Source: an uncultured delta proteobacterium (GTDB lineage Bacteria > Myxococcota_A > Polyangia > Polyangiales > B10-G4). From it: 64,000 nucleotides of DNA. The stretch is taken from the NCBI GenBank assembly GCA_963727445.1, contig CAVSGI010000015.1, positions 320,001 to 384,000 of the forward strand, given 5' to 3'. Under the pieces are notes generated by a model. That model searched no databases and was not told where the DNA came from. It saw only the letters and a list, made by a program, of their open reading frames with translations. Shown here piece after piece: positions 9,517 through 21,426 of this stretch. Position 1 is the first letter of the stretch; each line of letters opens with the position of its first letter. The position numbers were made by a program, and so were the translations under genes.

Positions 9517-10742
9517 GGCGAAGGCCTCGGGAGCGCCGCAGCGCGCCGACGGACGAGGCCGTCGAGGGCGCGCACCATCGACTGAGCGAAGGGCCGGGTG
9601 GGCAGCGAGCGCATGATGCAGAAGTCGTCGCTGAAGGAGCTCGTCTCGGAGAGGAAGCGGACCAGGATCTCGGGCGGGACGCGATCGAAGAGGCGCGTGA
9701 AGATCGCCGGCGCCTCCTCGGGGTGCTCCTCGAGGTGGCTGAGGAAGCAGCGGTCGAGGATCTGGGTGCGCTTCGTGTGGGCGGGGGGAGGGGCCGGCGC
9801 TTCTTCGAGCGAAGCGGAGGCGAGGGCGCGCGCCATGGCGCTGGAGAAGCGTTGGATGGCCAGGAACGCGTAGCCGGTCGCGGGCCGGGCCATGCCGCCG
9901 ACGAGGCCGATGCGATAGATCCGGGACGCGCTCCGTTGCTCGAAGGACTCGGTGGTCATCGGGATGACGCCGCGCTCTTCGTGCGTGATCACGTACTCCT
10001 CGACGCCGCGCTTGGCGAGGTGGCCGCGGAGCGTCGCCTCGTATGCCTGTTGGCCGAGGACCTCGGTGGAGAAGTAGGTGTCTTCGACCAGGGCGCGTCG
10101 CTCGCTCATGGGCAGCGTGTAGAGGAAGTGGATGCCGCGGCTCTGGTCGACGCGGAAGTCCATGAGCGTCGCGACCTCCGGATCGAAGGCGGGCTCTGGG
10201 GTCTCGATGAACCAGCCGCGGAAGTGCTGCAGGAGCCGGACCTCTCGGGTGCCGTCTTCGGCGCCCGGAAAGGTGCGCGCGGTCCCGGGGCGCCCGTCGA
10301 AGGCGAGGCGCGCCGTCACCGGGCCGCCGTCGGTCTCGACGATCACGTGATCACCGGCGTCGCGGACCGAGAGCGCGCGCGTGCCGAGCGCGAGCTCGTA
10401 GGTGGGTGCGGCGGCGATGCGCGCGAGGGCGCTCTGGTAGAAGCGCTCGCCCGGCAGGTACTGATACGCGTAGGCGTCGGAGCTCTGCTCGACGACGTCC
10501 TGCTCGCTCGCGACGCGCCAGCGGCGCCAGCGGTGGTCGATGGCGTCCTCGAAGGGATGGCGGGTGACGTCGAAGAAGCACCAGGTGCGGTCGTTCGGAA
10601 ACGAGGTGCGTGGATCGACGACGAGCACGCGGCGCGCGCCCAGACCCGCGTCGAGCATGTGGACCGACAGGCTGAGCCCGGCGCAACCCGCGCCGATGAC
10701 GACGTAGTCGTAGTCGAAGTCGGACGTCACGGAGCTCACCAT
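9513..10742 (-). CDS. crtY: Lycopene beta-cyclase family protein
   Basis: VVIGAGCAGLSL, NDRTWCF, QHFRGW, LMDFR, FLYTLP, ERGVIPM, ARPATGYAF. Confidence 0.85.
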   Translation of the reverse strand: MVSSVTSDFDYDYVVIGAGCAGLSLSVHMLDAGLGARRVLVVDPRTSFPNDRTWCFFDVTRHPFEDAIDHRWRRWRVASEQDVVEQSSDAYAYQYLPGERFYQSALARIAAAPTYELALGTRALSVRDAGDHVIVETDGGPVTARLAFDGRPGTARTFPGAEDGTREVRLLQHFRGWFIETPEPAFDPEVATLMDFRVDQSRGIHFLYTLPMSERRALVEDTYFSTEVLGQQAYEATLRGHLAKRGVEEYVITHEERGVIPMTTESFEQRSASRIYRIGLVGGMARPATGYAFLAIQRFSSAMARALASASLEEAPAPPPAHTKRTQILDRCFLSHLEEHPEEAPAIFTRLFDRVPPEILVRFLSETSSFSDDFCIMRSLPTRPFAQSMVRALDGLVRRRAAALPRPSP

Positions 10743-10782
10743 ATCAGGCTCATAGTCGCGGAAGTCGCCCGCGCCGGTCCAT

Positions 10783-11631
10783 TCAGTCCGCGGAGATCCG
10801 GTGCCGGGCACGGAGCTTGGCGTGGATCGACAGCGCGATGAAGAGCCACGGGATCTCGAAGAGCGGATAGACGGCGTCGAGCGTAGCGAAGGCCGGAGAG
10901 TCGGATACGGCCTCGGGCGCCAGGAGCGCCACGCTCCCCACGTACTGAATGACGAGGAACGGCAGGACCCAGACGACGATCACCAGTGGGGCGAGGGCTT
11001 TTCGATGGCCCTTCATCCGCTTGTAGCTCTCGTGCAGGCACGAGATGGCGCCGGCCTCGCCGCTGATCACCAGCGGCATGACGATCGCGTAGGAGAGCGA
11101 CTTCACGATCCCGGGAACGATCAGGAAGACGAAGTGCAGGACGATGATCATTCCGGCGAGGGATTGCGCGAGCAGTGCGGGGAGAAATTTTCGGATCCCG
11201 ATTCCGAAGGACGCAGCGAGAGAGCGTTCCTCGCCATCGAGCGCCCTGAGACCGAGGTCGTAGGCCGTGACCGTGAACAGGAGCCCGACGATCTCCACAC
11301 CGAAGGCGATGGGGATCTGCACGCTTTCGTCCAGGGCCGCATACTTCAGCGCGACAGTCGTCACCAGCGTGTAGCCGGCTATCAGTCCGACGACCCACCA
11401 CCCCACGTCCCTGAAGAGCGCGACGGCGCCGCGGATCACCTCGCTGCCCGTCACCTCTCCGCGCTCCGCCGCGTGCGTGTTGTCCTCGATGCACGCCTCG
11501 CAGAGCACGCGCCTTCCGTGCCAGAAGAGCGGTCGCGCCTCGCCGCAGGAGGGGCAGGGCTCGTGCTCGACCGTGCGCTTCTCGGGCTTCGGTGAGCCCT
11601 TGCCCTTCTTCTTCTTCTTGCTCTTCGCCAT
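10783..11631 (-). CDS. Hypothetical multi-pass membrane protein with Lys-rich N-terminus and two CxxC pairs
   Basis: KSKKKKKGK, CPSCG...CEAC, several hydrophobic segments, FLIVPGI motif. Confidence 0.7.
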   Translation of the reverse strand: MAKSKKKKKGKGSPKPEKRTVEHEPCPSCGEARPLFWHGRRVLCEACIEDNTHAAERGEVTGSEVIRGAVALFRDVGWWVVGLIAGYTLVTTVALKYAALDESVQIPIAFGVEIVGLLFTVTAYDLGLRALDGEERSLAASFGIGIRKFLPALLAQSLAGMIIVLHFVFLIVPGIVKSLSYAIVMPLVISGEAGAISCLHESYKRMKGHRKALAPLVIVVWVLPFLVIQYVGSVALLAPEAVSDSPAFATLDAVYPLFEIPWLFIALSIHAKLRARHRISAD

Positions 11632-11637
11632 CTCGAG

Positions 11638-12939
11638 TCAGCGCGCGAGCTCGCGCAGCTTCGCGATCGTGCTTTCGAGGGTCTCGCGCTCGTCCTTGCC
11701 CTGACGCAGGAAGGCCTCGATCGCGTCGATGCGCGCGAGGGCCGCGTCCAGCCGGCGGTCGCTCCCCTTCTGATAGGCGCCGAGGCTCACCAGGTCGCGC
11801 TTCTCTTCGTAGATCGCCAGATGCTCGCGGAGCTTCCGCGCCGCCTCGCGCTGGGCCTCGTCCGTGACCGCGTCCATCACCCGCGACAGGCTGTGCAGGA
11901 CGTCGATGGCCGGCCACCGCCCGCGCGCGCCGAGCCCGCGGTCGAGGAGCACGTGGCCGTCGAGGATGCCGCGCACCTCGTCCGCGATCGGCTCCTCCAT
12001 GTCGCCGCCCTCCACCAGCACCGTGTAGATCGCGGTGATCGAGCCCTTCGCCGCGGTCCCGCTCCGCTCGAGGAGTCCGGGCAACGCCGCGAAGACGCTC
12101 GGCGGATAGCCGCGCCGCGCCGGCGGCTCACCCGCGGCCAGGCCCACCTCGCGCCCCGCCCGTGCGAATCGCGTCACGCTGTCCATCAAGAGCAGCACTC
12201 GCTTGCCGCGGTCCCGAAACCACTCCGCGATCGCCGTCGCCACGTAGGCGCTCTCGAGGCGCACCAGCGCGGGCGCGTCGCTGGTCGCGCAGACGACGAC
12301 GCCGCGCTTCATCCCCTCTTCGCCGAGGCTGTCCTCGAGGAACTCGCGCACCTCGCGCCCGCGCTCGCCCACCAGCGCCACCACGAAGACGTCGGCGTCG
12401 GCCTGTCGCGCGATCTGCCCGAGGAGCGTGCTCTTGCCCACGCCGCTGCCCGCGAAGAGGCCGATGCGCTGCCCGCGCCCGATGGTCATGAGACCGTCGA
12501 TGGTCCGCACACCCGTCGTCAGCGCTTCGGTGATCCGCGGGCGCTCCATCGGGCTCGGCGGCGTCCGCATCAAGGGCGTGCGCTCTCCTTCGATCGCCGG
12601 TCCGCCGTCGATGGGCTGGCCCAGCCCGTCGAGGACGCGTCCCAGGAGCGCTTCGGAGCAGGTCACGGAGAGGGGCTCGCCAGTCGGCCGCACCGGATCG
12701 TCGGGCGCCACGCCTTTCGGATCGCCGAGCGGCAGGAGCGTGGCGTCGTCGAGGGCGAAGCCGACCACCACCGCGAGCAGCGGCGCGTCGCGTCGCTCGA
12801 TGCGCACCACCTCGCCGAGACGCACGCCGGGGATCGCGGCGCGGATCGACAAGCCGGTCAGCGATCGCACCCGCCCTTCGACCTGCACCGACTCGGCGCG
12901 GGACATGGCGTCGAGCATGCTGTCGAGCTCACGGGGCAT
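11638..12939 (-). CDS. FliI/YscN (SctN) family type III export ATPase
   Basis: GQRIGLFAGSGVGKSTLL, VGERGREVREF, LLMDSVTRFARA, GEPPARRGYPPS, ILDGHVLL. Confidence 0.92.
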   Translation of the reverse strand: MPRELDSMLDAMSRAESVQVEGRVRSLTGLSIRAAIPGVRLGEVVRIERRDAPLLAVVVGFALDDATLLPLGDPKGVAPDDPVRPTGEPLSVTCSEALLGRVLDGLGQPIDGGPAIEGERTPLMRTPPSPMERPRITEALTTGVRTIDGLMTIGRGQRIGLFAGSGVGKSTLLGQIARQADADVFVVALVGERGREVREFLEDSLGEEGMKRGVVVCATSDAPALVRLESAYVATAIAEWFRDRGKRVLLLMDSVTRFARAGREVGLAAGEPPARRGYPPSVFAALPGLLERSGTAAKGSITAIYTVLVEGGDMEEPIADEVRGILDGHVLLDRGLGARGRWPAIDVLHSLSRVMDAVTDEAQREAARKLREHLAIYEEKRDLVSLGAYQKGSDRRLDAALARIDAIEAFLRQGKDERETLESTIAKLRELAR

Positions 12940-13014
12940 CGGCGGCGTGCATGGTACTCCAGAAGCGGAGCCTTCGCCGAGTCGCCGTCCGCCCTCAACC
13001 CGCCGCGCCCAGGC

Positions 13015-14115
13015 TCAGTCGAAGAGCGCTTTGAGCTTTTCGAGGAAGCTCGACTGCTGGGGATGGGTGTCGATGCCCATCTCCTCGGCGAGCTCTTCGA
13101 GGAGCTTGCGCTGCCGGCGGTTGATCTTCTCCGGCACCTCGACCAGGACCTTCACCAGCTGGTCGCCCTTACCGGCGCCCCCGAAGACCGGGATCCCCTT
13201 GCCGCGCAAACGGAAGATGCGCCCCGACTGGGTCCCCGGCGGCAGCTTCATGTTCACCTTGCCCTCGAGGGTCGGTACCTCGATCTGGGCCCCCAGGACC
13301 GCTTGGGGGAAGCTCACCGGCACCGTGCAGTGGATGTCGGCGCCCTCGCGGGTGAAGAGCGGATGGTCCTCGATGCGGATGGTGACGTGGAGATCGCCCG
13401 CCTCGCCGCCCGCCTGCTCGCCAGCGCCCCGCACGGTGCGCACGGCTCCGTCGGCGACGCCGGCCGGGACCTTCACGGTCAGCTCGGCCTTCTTCGGGAC
13501 GCGCCCCACGCCCTTGCACGCCTTGCACGGCTTTTCAATCTTCTGGCCGGTCCCATCGCAGCTCTGGCAGGGACGCGAGGTGGAGAAGAAGCCGCGTTGG
13601 TAGCGCACGGTGCCGCGCCCGCGACACGCGCTGCACTCGGTCACGCTGGTGCCCGGCTCGGCGCGCGAGCCCTGGCAGGCCTCGCAGATCTCGGGGCGCG
13701 TCACCTCGATGGTCTTCTCTACGCCGGTCGCCGCCTCGACGAAGGAGAGCGTCAGATCGTAGGTGAGATCCCGAGCGGAGCGGCCGCGCCGTCGGCGCCC
13801 GCTGAAGACGTCGCCGAAGAACCCTTCGAGGATCTCCGCCATCGAGCCGATGTCCACGGGATCGAAGCCCCCGGCGCCACCCCCACCGAAGGCCGCGTGG
13901 CCGAAGCGGTCGTAGCGCGCGCGCTTGTCGGCGTCGCTGAGCACGGCGTAGGCCTCGCTCGCGACCTTGAAGCGCTCCTCGGCCTCGGGATCGTCCGGAT
14001 TCTTGTCCGGGTGGAGCTCGATCGCTTTCTTGCGATAGGCAGCCTTGATCTCCTGCGCCGTCGCGGTCCTCTCGACCTCGAGGACGGCGTAGTAGTCGGG
14101 CTTGTCTGCGCTCAC
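13015..14115 (-). CDS. dnaJ: Chaperone DnaJ (class A)
   Basis: DYYAVL...HPDKNP J domain, G/F region, four CxxCxG zinc repeats, C-terminal domain; GTG start inferred. Confidence 0.92.
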   Translation of the reverse strand: MSADKPDYYAVLEVERTATAQEIKAAYRKKAIELHPDKNPDDPEAEERFKVASEAYAVLSDADKRARYDRFGHAAFGGGGAGGFDPVDIGSMAEILEGFFGDVFSGRRRRGRSARDLTYDLTLSFVEAATGVEKTIEVTRPEICEACQGSRAEPGTSVTECSACRGRGTVRYQRGFFSTSRPCQSCDGTGQKIEKPCKACKGVGRVPKKAELTVKVPAGVADGAVRTVRGAGEQAGGEAGDLHVTIRIEDHPLFTREGADIHCTVPVSFPQAVLGAQIEVPTLEGKVNMKLPPGTQSGRIFRLRGKGIPVFGGAGKGDQLVKVLVEVPEKINRRQRKLLEELAEEMGIDTHPQQSSFLEKLKALFD

Positions 14116-14218
14116 CGGGGGGAGTGTTGCCACGAAGCCCCCGCGGGGCAAGGCTCGTTGTCCTCGACATCTCGCTCCCAGGCTCGGACAATCGACGGGT
14201 GCGGAATTCGACCCCGGG

Positions 14219-15178
14219 GTGCTCCCCCTGAGCGCAGCGGCGTTCAGCTTCGAGGTGGACGAGACCGAGTCGGGGCGGCGGCTCGACGTGGTCGTCGTCG
14301 CACGCGTCTCCGGGATGAGCCGGGCGCGGGCACGAAGGCTCGCCGAGGAGGGGAAGATCCAGGTCAACGGCCGTCCGGCCCGCAAAGGGCGGACGCTGAC
14401 GACGGGTGAGAAGGTCTCGCTCCTCGAGCTGCCGCAGTCGCCGGCCTTCGCCGCGCTCCCCGACTCGAGCCTCGACCTGATGGTGCTCCACGAGGACGCG
14501 CATCTGGTCGTCGTCGACAAGCCGCCGGGTATCGCCAGCCATCCGCTTCGCTCCGACGAGCTCGGCACCGTCGCGAGCTTCCTCGTCGCGCGCTACCCCG
14601 AGATGGCCGACGTTGGCTACGCCGCGCGCGAGCCCGGCATCCTGCATCGCCTCGACATCGGCACCAGCGGCGCGCTCCTCGCGGCGCGGGACGTCGCGAC
14701 CTTCGACGCCCTCCGCGACGAGCTGCGGCGCGGCCACGTCGACAAGCACTATCTCGCGCTCTGTCGCGGCCGGGTGACGGCGCCGATGGTCATCGAGGCC
14801 CCCATCGACGCCGACCCCAGCGATCGGCGCCGCGTCCGCGTGCACGAAAAGGGTCATGCACCCGCGGGTGCGCGCCACGCCCGCACCGAGGTGGTGAGCG
14901 CCAGGCACGGCGAGACCATGAGCCTGGTCGACGCGCGGGCCCGCACCGGCGCCCGCCATCAGGTGCGCGCCCACCTCGCTCACGTGGGCCATCCCCTCGC
15001 TGGCGACGCGCGTTACGGCGGGCCGGTCGTGCCCGGGCTCGCGCATCACTTCCTGCACGCGCACACTCTGGCGTTCACGCATCCCGTCACCGGGGAGCGC
15101 GTCAGCGTCGAGGCGCCGCTGCCCGCGGATCGGCGCAAGGTCCTCGAGGCGTCGGGATTGGCGATCGACGATGGATGA
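14219..15178 (+). CDS. RluA/RluD family pseudouridine synthase with S4 domain
   Basis: RLDVVV, DKPPG, HRLDIGTSG, TGARHQVRAHLA...GDARYG; start uncertain. Confidence 0.88.
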   Translation: MLPLSAAAFSFEVDETESGRRLDVVVVARVSGMSRARARRLAEEGKIQVNGRPARKGRTLTTGEKVSLLELPQSPAFAALPDSSLDLMVLHEDAHLVVVDKPPGIASHPLRSDELGTVASFLVARYPEMADVGYAAREPGILHRLDIGTSGALLAARDVATFDALRDELRRGHVDKHYLALCRGRVTAPMVIEAPIDADPSDRRRVRVHEKGHAPAGARHARTEVVSARHGETMSLVDARARTGARHQVRAHLAHVGHPLAGDARYGGPVVPGLAHHFLHAHTLAFTHPVTGERVSVEAPLPADRRKVLEASGLAIDDG

Positions 15179-15830
15179 CGCCGCCTACGCCCTCGCGCGC
15201 GAGCGAATGGTCGACGAGCAGCTCCGCCGCCGCGGGATCGGCGACCGGCGAGTACTCGACGCGATGGCCGCCGTGCCGCGCCACCTCTTCGTCGCCCCCG
15301 AGCTTCGCTACCGGGCCTATCTCGATGGGCCGCTGCCCATCGGGGAGAACCAGACCATCTCGCAGCCCTTCATGGTCGCGCTCACCTGCCAGCGCGCGCA
15401 GGTGAGGCCGGAGGCGCGGGTCCTCGAGGTGGGCTGCGGCTCGGGATACCAGGCGGCGGTCCTCGGCCAGCTCGCGCGCGAGGTGTGGACCATCGAGCGC
15501 ATCGGTGCGCTGGCGGCGAAGGCGCGCGTCAACCTCGCGGCGGCTGGCGCGGACAACGTCCACGTGGTCGTCGGTGACGGCACCCTCGGCCATCCGGAGG
15601 CCGCACCCTACGACGCGATCGTGGTGGCCGCGGCGGCGCCGAAGGTCCCGCCCGCCCTGGTCGCGCAGCTCGCGGAGGGAGGCCACCTCGTGATCCCCGT
15701 CGGCTCGCGCAGCATGCAGTCGCTCCGCATCCTCACCAAGCGGGGCGGTGAGGTGACGGAGGTCGGCAGCGAGGCCTGCGTCTTCGTGCCCCTCGTCGGA
15801 AAGGACGGGTGGACGGAGGGGTTCGCGTGA
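15171..15830 (+). CDS. pcm: Protein-L-isoaspartate O-methyltransferase
   Basis: VPRHLFV, QTISQP, VLEVGCGSGYQAA, APYDAI, FVPL. Confidence 0.95.
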   Translation: MDDAAYALARERMVDEQLRRRGIGDRRVLDAMAAVPRHLFVAPELRYRAYLDGPLPIGENQTISQPFMVALTCQRAQVRPEARVLEVGCGSGYQAAVLGQLAREVWTIERIGALAAKARVNLAAAGADNVHVVVGDGTLGHPEAAPYDAIVVAAAAPKVPPALVAQLAEGGHLVIPVGSRSMQSLRILTKRGGEVTEVGSEACVFVPLVGKDGWTEGFA

Positions 15831-15860
15831 GCGACCCCCAGTACTGCGCCTGCGGCCGCC

Positions 15861-17033
15861 TCAAAAAGGAACGCGCAGCGCGACCTGGCCGATGATGCCG
15901 TTGCCGAAGCGGTTCGTGCGCCAGACGTACTCGAGGCCCAGCTCGAGGGTGGCGTTCCAGGCGAAGTCCAGGGGCGTCCGTTCGAGGAATCCGAGGTGGA
16001 CGAGCAACAGGCCCCCGACCAGGTGGCTGTGAAAGGCGGTCATCTTCGGGTCCGCCGTCCAGTACTGATCCGTCAGCGAGTATCCGGCGTCGTGCTGGAA
16101 GAACGCGTGGGTCTGGTTGTAGTAGCGGTAGCGAGCGCGGAGCATCACGATGTCGCCGATCTCCTGGTAGAGCCGGATCTCGGGCGTCAGCGCGGCGATG
16201 TCCCAGTTGTCCACGTAGGCTCGATAGAGCAGGTGGATCGCCGTGTTCGTGGGCTCGAACAAGTAGGCGAGGCGCCCGTGGACCGTGTGACGCGTGCGTT
16301 GGTCCGGGTGGTGCTCGCGCATCAGCATCCCGTCGATGGACACCTGGCGATAGGCGTTCTGTAAGAAGCCGGTGAGGACGCCGAGGTCGTAGCCGATGTC
16401 CAGCGTGAGCACCGGCGTCAGCGTCTGACTCCAGACGAAGTTCATCACGACGCCGTTGAAGTCGCCCTGTTTGCCGCGATCGGAGAGATCGCGCCCCGTG
16501 GGGTCGGTCCGGGTGTTGCCGCGGAAGCGCTGGCCCACCTCGTCGTGGAAGACCGTGAGGTTGTAGCGCAGAACGGTGGCGCGCTCCGCGAGGGACAGGG
16601 CGGTGGAGACGGTCCCCGCCAGCGACGAATAGTCGGGCTCCTGGCTGTATCGCGCGCGGACGTTGGTATCGAGGTTGGCGTCGCCTAGATCGAACTCGTA
16701 GCCGGTGCCGAGCGCGAAGTCGTTGCGAAGCTCGGTGAAGCGCACGTCGGTGATCGCGCCGGCGGCGACGCTTGCGCTGGTGATCGAGTCGAGGAGGTAG
16801 TGGCCGTTGACGCGAACGCCGTTGGGGGCTTCGAGGTTCAAAGTGACCTCGGGCGCCACCACGCGGGTGCTGGTCTCCCAGTAGTAGTTGCCTCGCGCCT
16901 CGAGGTTGCCGGTCCACGTCCCCGACGTCTCGTCGGCCGCCGCCGCCAGTGGCAGGATCGCCACCAGCATCGCGAGCACGAGCGCCGTGGCTCGCCGCGC
17001 AGCCGGGCGAGCGTCCCGGGAGGGAGGGCGCAT
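15861..17033 (-). CDS. DUF3570 family exported protein, predicted outer-membrane beta-barrel
   Basis: Signal peptide, LDSITSAS, SQEPDY, GFLQNAYR, EHHPDQRTR, YVDNWDI, RYRYYNQ, terminal Phe. Confidence 0.8.
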   Translation of the reverse strand: MRPPSRDARPAARRATALVLAMLVAILPLAAAADETSGTWTGNLEARGNYYWETSTRVVAPEVTLNLEAPNGVRVNGHYLLDSITSASVAAGAITDVRFTELRNDFALGTGYEFDLGDANLDTNVRARYSQEPDYSSLAGTVSTALSLAERATVLRYNLTVFHDEVGQRFRGNTRTDPTGRDLSDRGKQGDFNGVVMNFVWSQTLTPVLTLDIGYDLGVLTGFLQNAYRQVSIDGMLMREHHPDQRTRHTVHGRLAYLFEPTNTAIHLLYRAYVDNWDIAALTPEIRLYQEIGDIVMLRARYRYYNQTHAFFQHDAGYSLTDQYWTADPKMTAFHSHLVGGLLLVHLGFLERTPLDFAWNATLELGLEYVWRTNRFGNGIIGQVALRVPF

Positions 17034-17242
17034 CAGTTACACCCGCAGCCGCCGCCGGTGGTCGACATCCCGCCCGTCGCGCCTTCGCGCGAGTCGTTCA
17101 CGTGGGCGTGGAAGGTCGCTTCACCCGACTCACGGCTGGTGTCCATGCTCGGGCGCGTGAGGTTCTCGCGCTCGTAGGGCGAGACCGTCGCGCAGCCAGC
17201 CAGCGACGAAATCGCCAGGAGAAGGAAGAGAATGCGTCGCAC
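17033..17242 (-). CDS. DUF4266 family small lipoprotein
   Basis: LAGC lipobox, VSPYERENL, C-terminal GGGCGCN. Confidence 0.88.
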   Translation of the reverse strand: MRRILFLLLAISSLAGCATVSPYERENLTRPSMDTSRESGEATFHAHVNDSREGATGGMSTTGGGCGCN

Positions 17243-17266
17243 GGGGTCCTCGCGGGGCAGGCGCCT

Positions 17267-19156
17267 CTAGTCGAGCCACTCCGCGATGCGGAGAAGCGGC
17301 GACAGCATGATGCGCGTCAGGCCGCGGAGGGTCTCGTGGGAACGGATGACGTCGGCCGCGTGGGGGCCGACGGTGTAATAGAGGTCGACGAAGGCACGCC
17401 CCGCGGCGTTCGTCAGCAAGTGGCGGTCGCGGAAGCGACGCAGGGTCCCGATCTCCGAAGCCATGGGTGAGCCGTAAGCGGCGGTGGCGACGAAGCAGGG
17501 GGTCACGGTGGTGAAGTTGATCTCGGTGGTGGTGATCTCGGCGACCTCGATGGGGCCGCGATCGTTGCAGCGGTCGACGGCGCGAATGCCGACGTAGTAG
17601 TGCGACTCCGGCTGCATCCCGCCGAAGTCCACCTCGATGGTGTCTCCGGCCGCGGCGTCGGTGGGCACCACCAGCTCGATGGAGTCGAGGTCCGCGGCGA
17701 AGGCGGGCTGCGCGCGCATGAAGCTCTCCTCGTCCACGATGGGATGGAGGCCGTAGCGCACCTCGTAGCGACCGAGCTCGCGGTCGCTCGGTGGCACCGT
17801 GAAGGAGAGCGTCGCCCACTGGTGCGAGTGCTTCTCGTCGGCGTAGGTGCTGATGGTGAAGTCCGAGACGGCGGCCGGGGGCATGTCCAGGTCGCACAGG
17901 CCGACGCAGGTGTTGTCCGGCGCGCAGATGAAGTTCGCGGCGCAGGGCTGGGCGTCGCTGCACTCGACGCCGCACTCGGGGGGTGGGTCCTCGGCGGCGC
18001 AGACGTTGGTGGAGATCATCCCGACCCGCAGTCGATTGCCGTCGCCCATGGCGCGGAGGCGGTCGACGCCGCTGCCGGGGGCGCTCGCCGGATCGTCGGT
18101 GATGATCCCGTTCATCGGCGACATGTCTCCGGTCATCCCGTTGACGTCGCTGTAGCCGACCGGCATCGCGCTTCCCCACATCCCGCCGGCTGGGCCGAGG
18201 GTGAAGGGCACGGAGTAGACCACCGAGGGCTGGCCGCGGTAGGGGTAGCCGTAGTTCTGCGCCCAGTAGTCCCAGGTGCCGCTCGGGTTGGTCGGCGTGG
18301 GATAGGTGGTGTCGTTGAACTCGTCGTTGTAGTCGCCCTCGACGTTCACCTCGACGAAGAGGACGTAGTCGCCGTCGGGCCAGGTCTCCGGGACGTCGTA
18401 CTGCACGCGGCGCAGCATGTCGCCAGCGGGGGTGGCCATGGTGACGGCGTCGATGTCGGGCATGATGGTCCGGACGTCGTCGTCGTAGTGCGCGACGTCC
18501 GCGTGATCGTTGCAGCCCGGGGTATCGCAGAAGACGACGTCGCGTCGCGGGGGGTAGATCGAGCCGATGCTCAGGGGACGCATGTCGGCCGAGCCGCCCT
18601 CCTCGAAGGGCTCGCTGTAGCCTCCGGAGACGTCGTCCTCGGTGAGGTAGCGGCCCTTGTCGGAGTTGAAGATGCTGGCGCAGCTCACCGCGTCGAGGGC
18701 GTCCTTGCGCGTCGTGGAGACGTCGAAGGAGAGGCAGTAGTACTCGTCACGGCTGAAGTCGTTCGAGGTGCGCGAGGCGAAGCCCTCGGAGTTGCGGTCC
18801 TGGAAGATGACGCGGGGGAAGAGCTCGGCGCCCGGCGCGCTGGCGCGGCGATGACCCCAGACGGGAAGCACGTTCTCGCGGCGGCCGTAGGGCCAGCGGA
18901 AGCCGCTGTTCATCTGGGACGCGCCCGGGCGGTTGCCGATCCCGCGGTAGGCGGTGGCCTGGGTGAGGGCGACGGTGTCCATGAAGGTTCCGTCGTCGCG
19001 CTCGACCCAGATGGCGATCTGCGCGCGCGCGGTCGGCGTCAGCTCGATGTCGATCACCCGGCTCGCGCCAGACCCCATCGGATCCTGCGCGGAGGCCGGC
19101 AGGGCACAGAGCAGGGCGAGCCCCAGCCCGATCACGAGGCGACGGAACGAACGCAT
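17267..19156 (-). CDS. Exported protein: DUF2271-like N-terminus, Cys-rich linker, FnIII-like domain, CFI-box-CTERM tail
   Basis: [46 protein letters not shown]...LRRFRD...GRAFVDLYY. Confidence 0.75.
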   Translation of the reverse strand: MRSFRRLVIGLGLALLCALPASAQDPMGSGASRVIDIELTPTARAQIAIWVERDDGTFMDTVALTQATAYRGIGNRPGASQMNSGFRWPYGRRENVLPVWGHRRASAPGAELFPRVIFQDRNSEGFASRTSNDFSRDEYYCLSFDVSTTRKDALDAVSCASIFNSDKGRYLTEDDVSGGYSEPFEEGGSADMRPLSIGSIYPPRRDVVFCDTPGCNDHADVAHYDDDVRTIMPDIDAVTMATPAGDMLRRVQYDVPETWPDGDYVLFVEVNVEGDYNDEFNDTTYPTPTNPSGTWDYWAQNYGYPYRGQPSVVYSVPFTLGPAGGMWGSAMPVGYSDVNGMTGDMSPMNGIITDDPASAPGSGVDRLRAMGDGNRLRVGMISTNVCAAEDPPPECGVECSDAQPCAANFICAPDNTCVGLCDLDMPPAAVSDFTISTYADEKHSHQWATLSFTVPPSDRELGRYEVRYGLHPIVDEESFMRAQPAFAADLDSIELVVPTDAAAGDTIEVDFGGMQPESHYYVGIRAVDRCNDRGPIEVAEITTTEINFTTVTPCFVATAAYGSPMASEIGTLRRFRDRHLLTNAAGRAFVDLYYTVGPHAADVIRSHETLRGLTRIMLSPLLRIAEWLD

Positions 19157-19331
19157 CGGACGGACGAGCATATCAGAGCGACGACGCGCGACGCCTCTGT
19201 TTGCGGGGCGAGACCGCGGGGTCCCCTCAGAAAGCCTCACGTTTTCAGATGTAGTCCGCGGAAAGGCTCACGTCGAGGCCTCCTTCGCGCTCGATTCATT
19301 CGACGCCAACAGCGAAGGATGTGCGACGGCA

Positions 19332-21369
<2,038 letters not shown>

Positions 21370-21426
21370 GGGGGAGCCTTAGCACGGGCTCATGACAGGG
21401 GTCTGTCAGTTGGGTCGCGTCACGGC

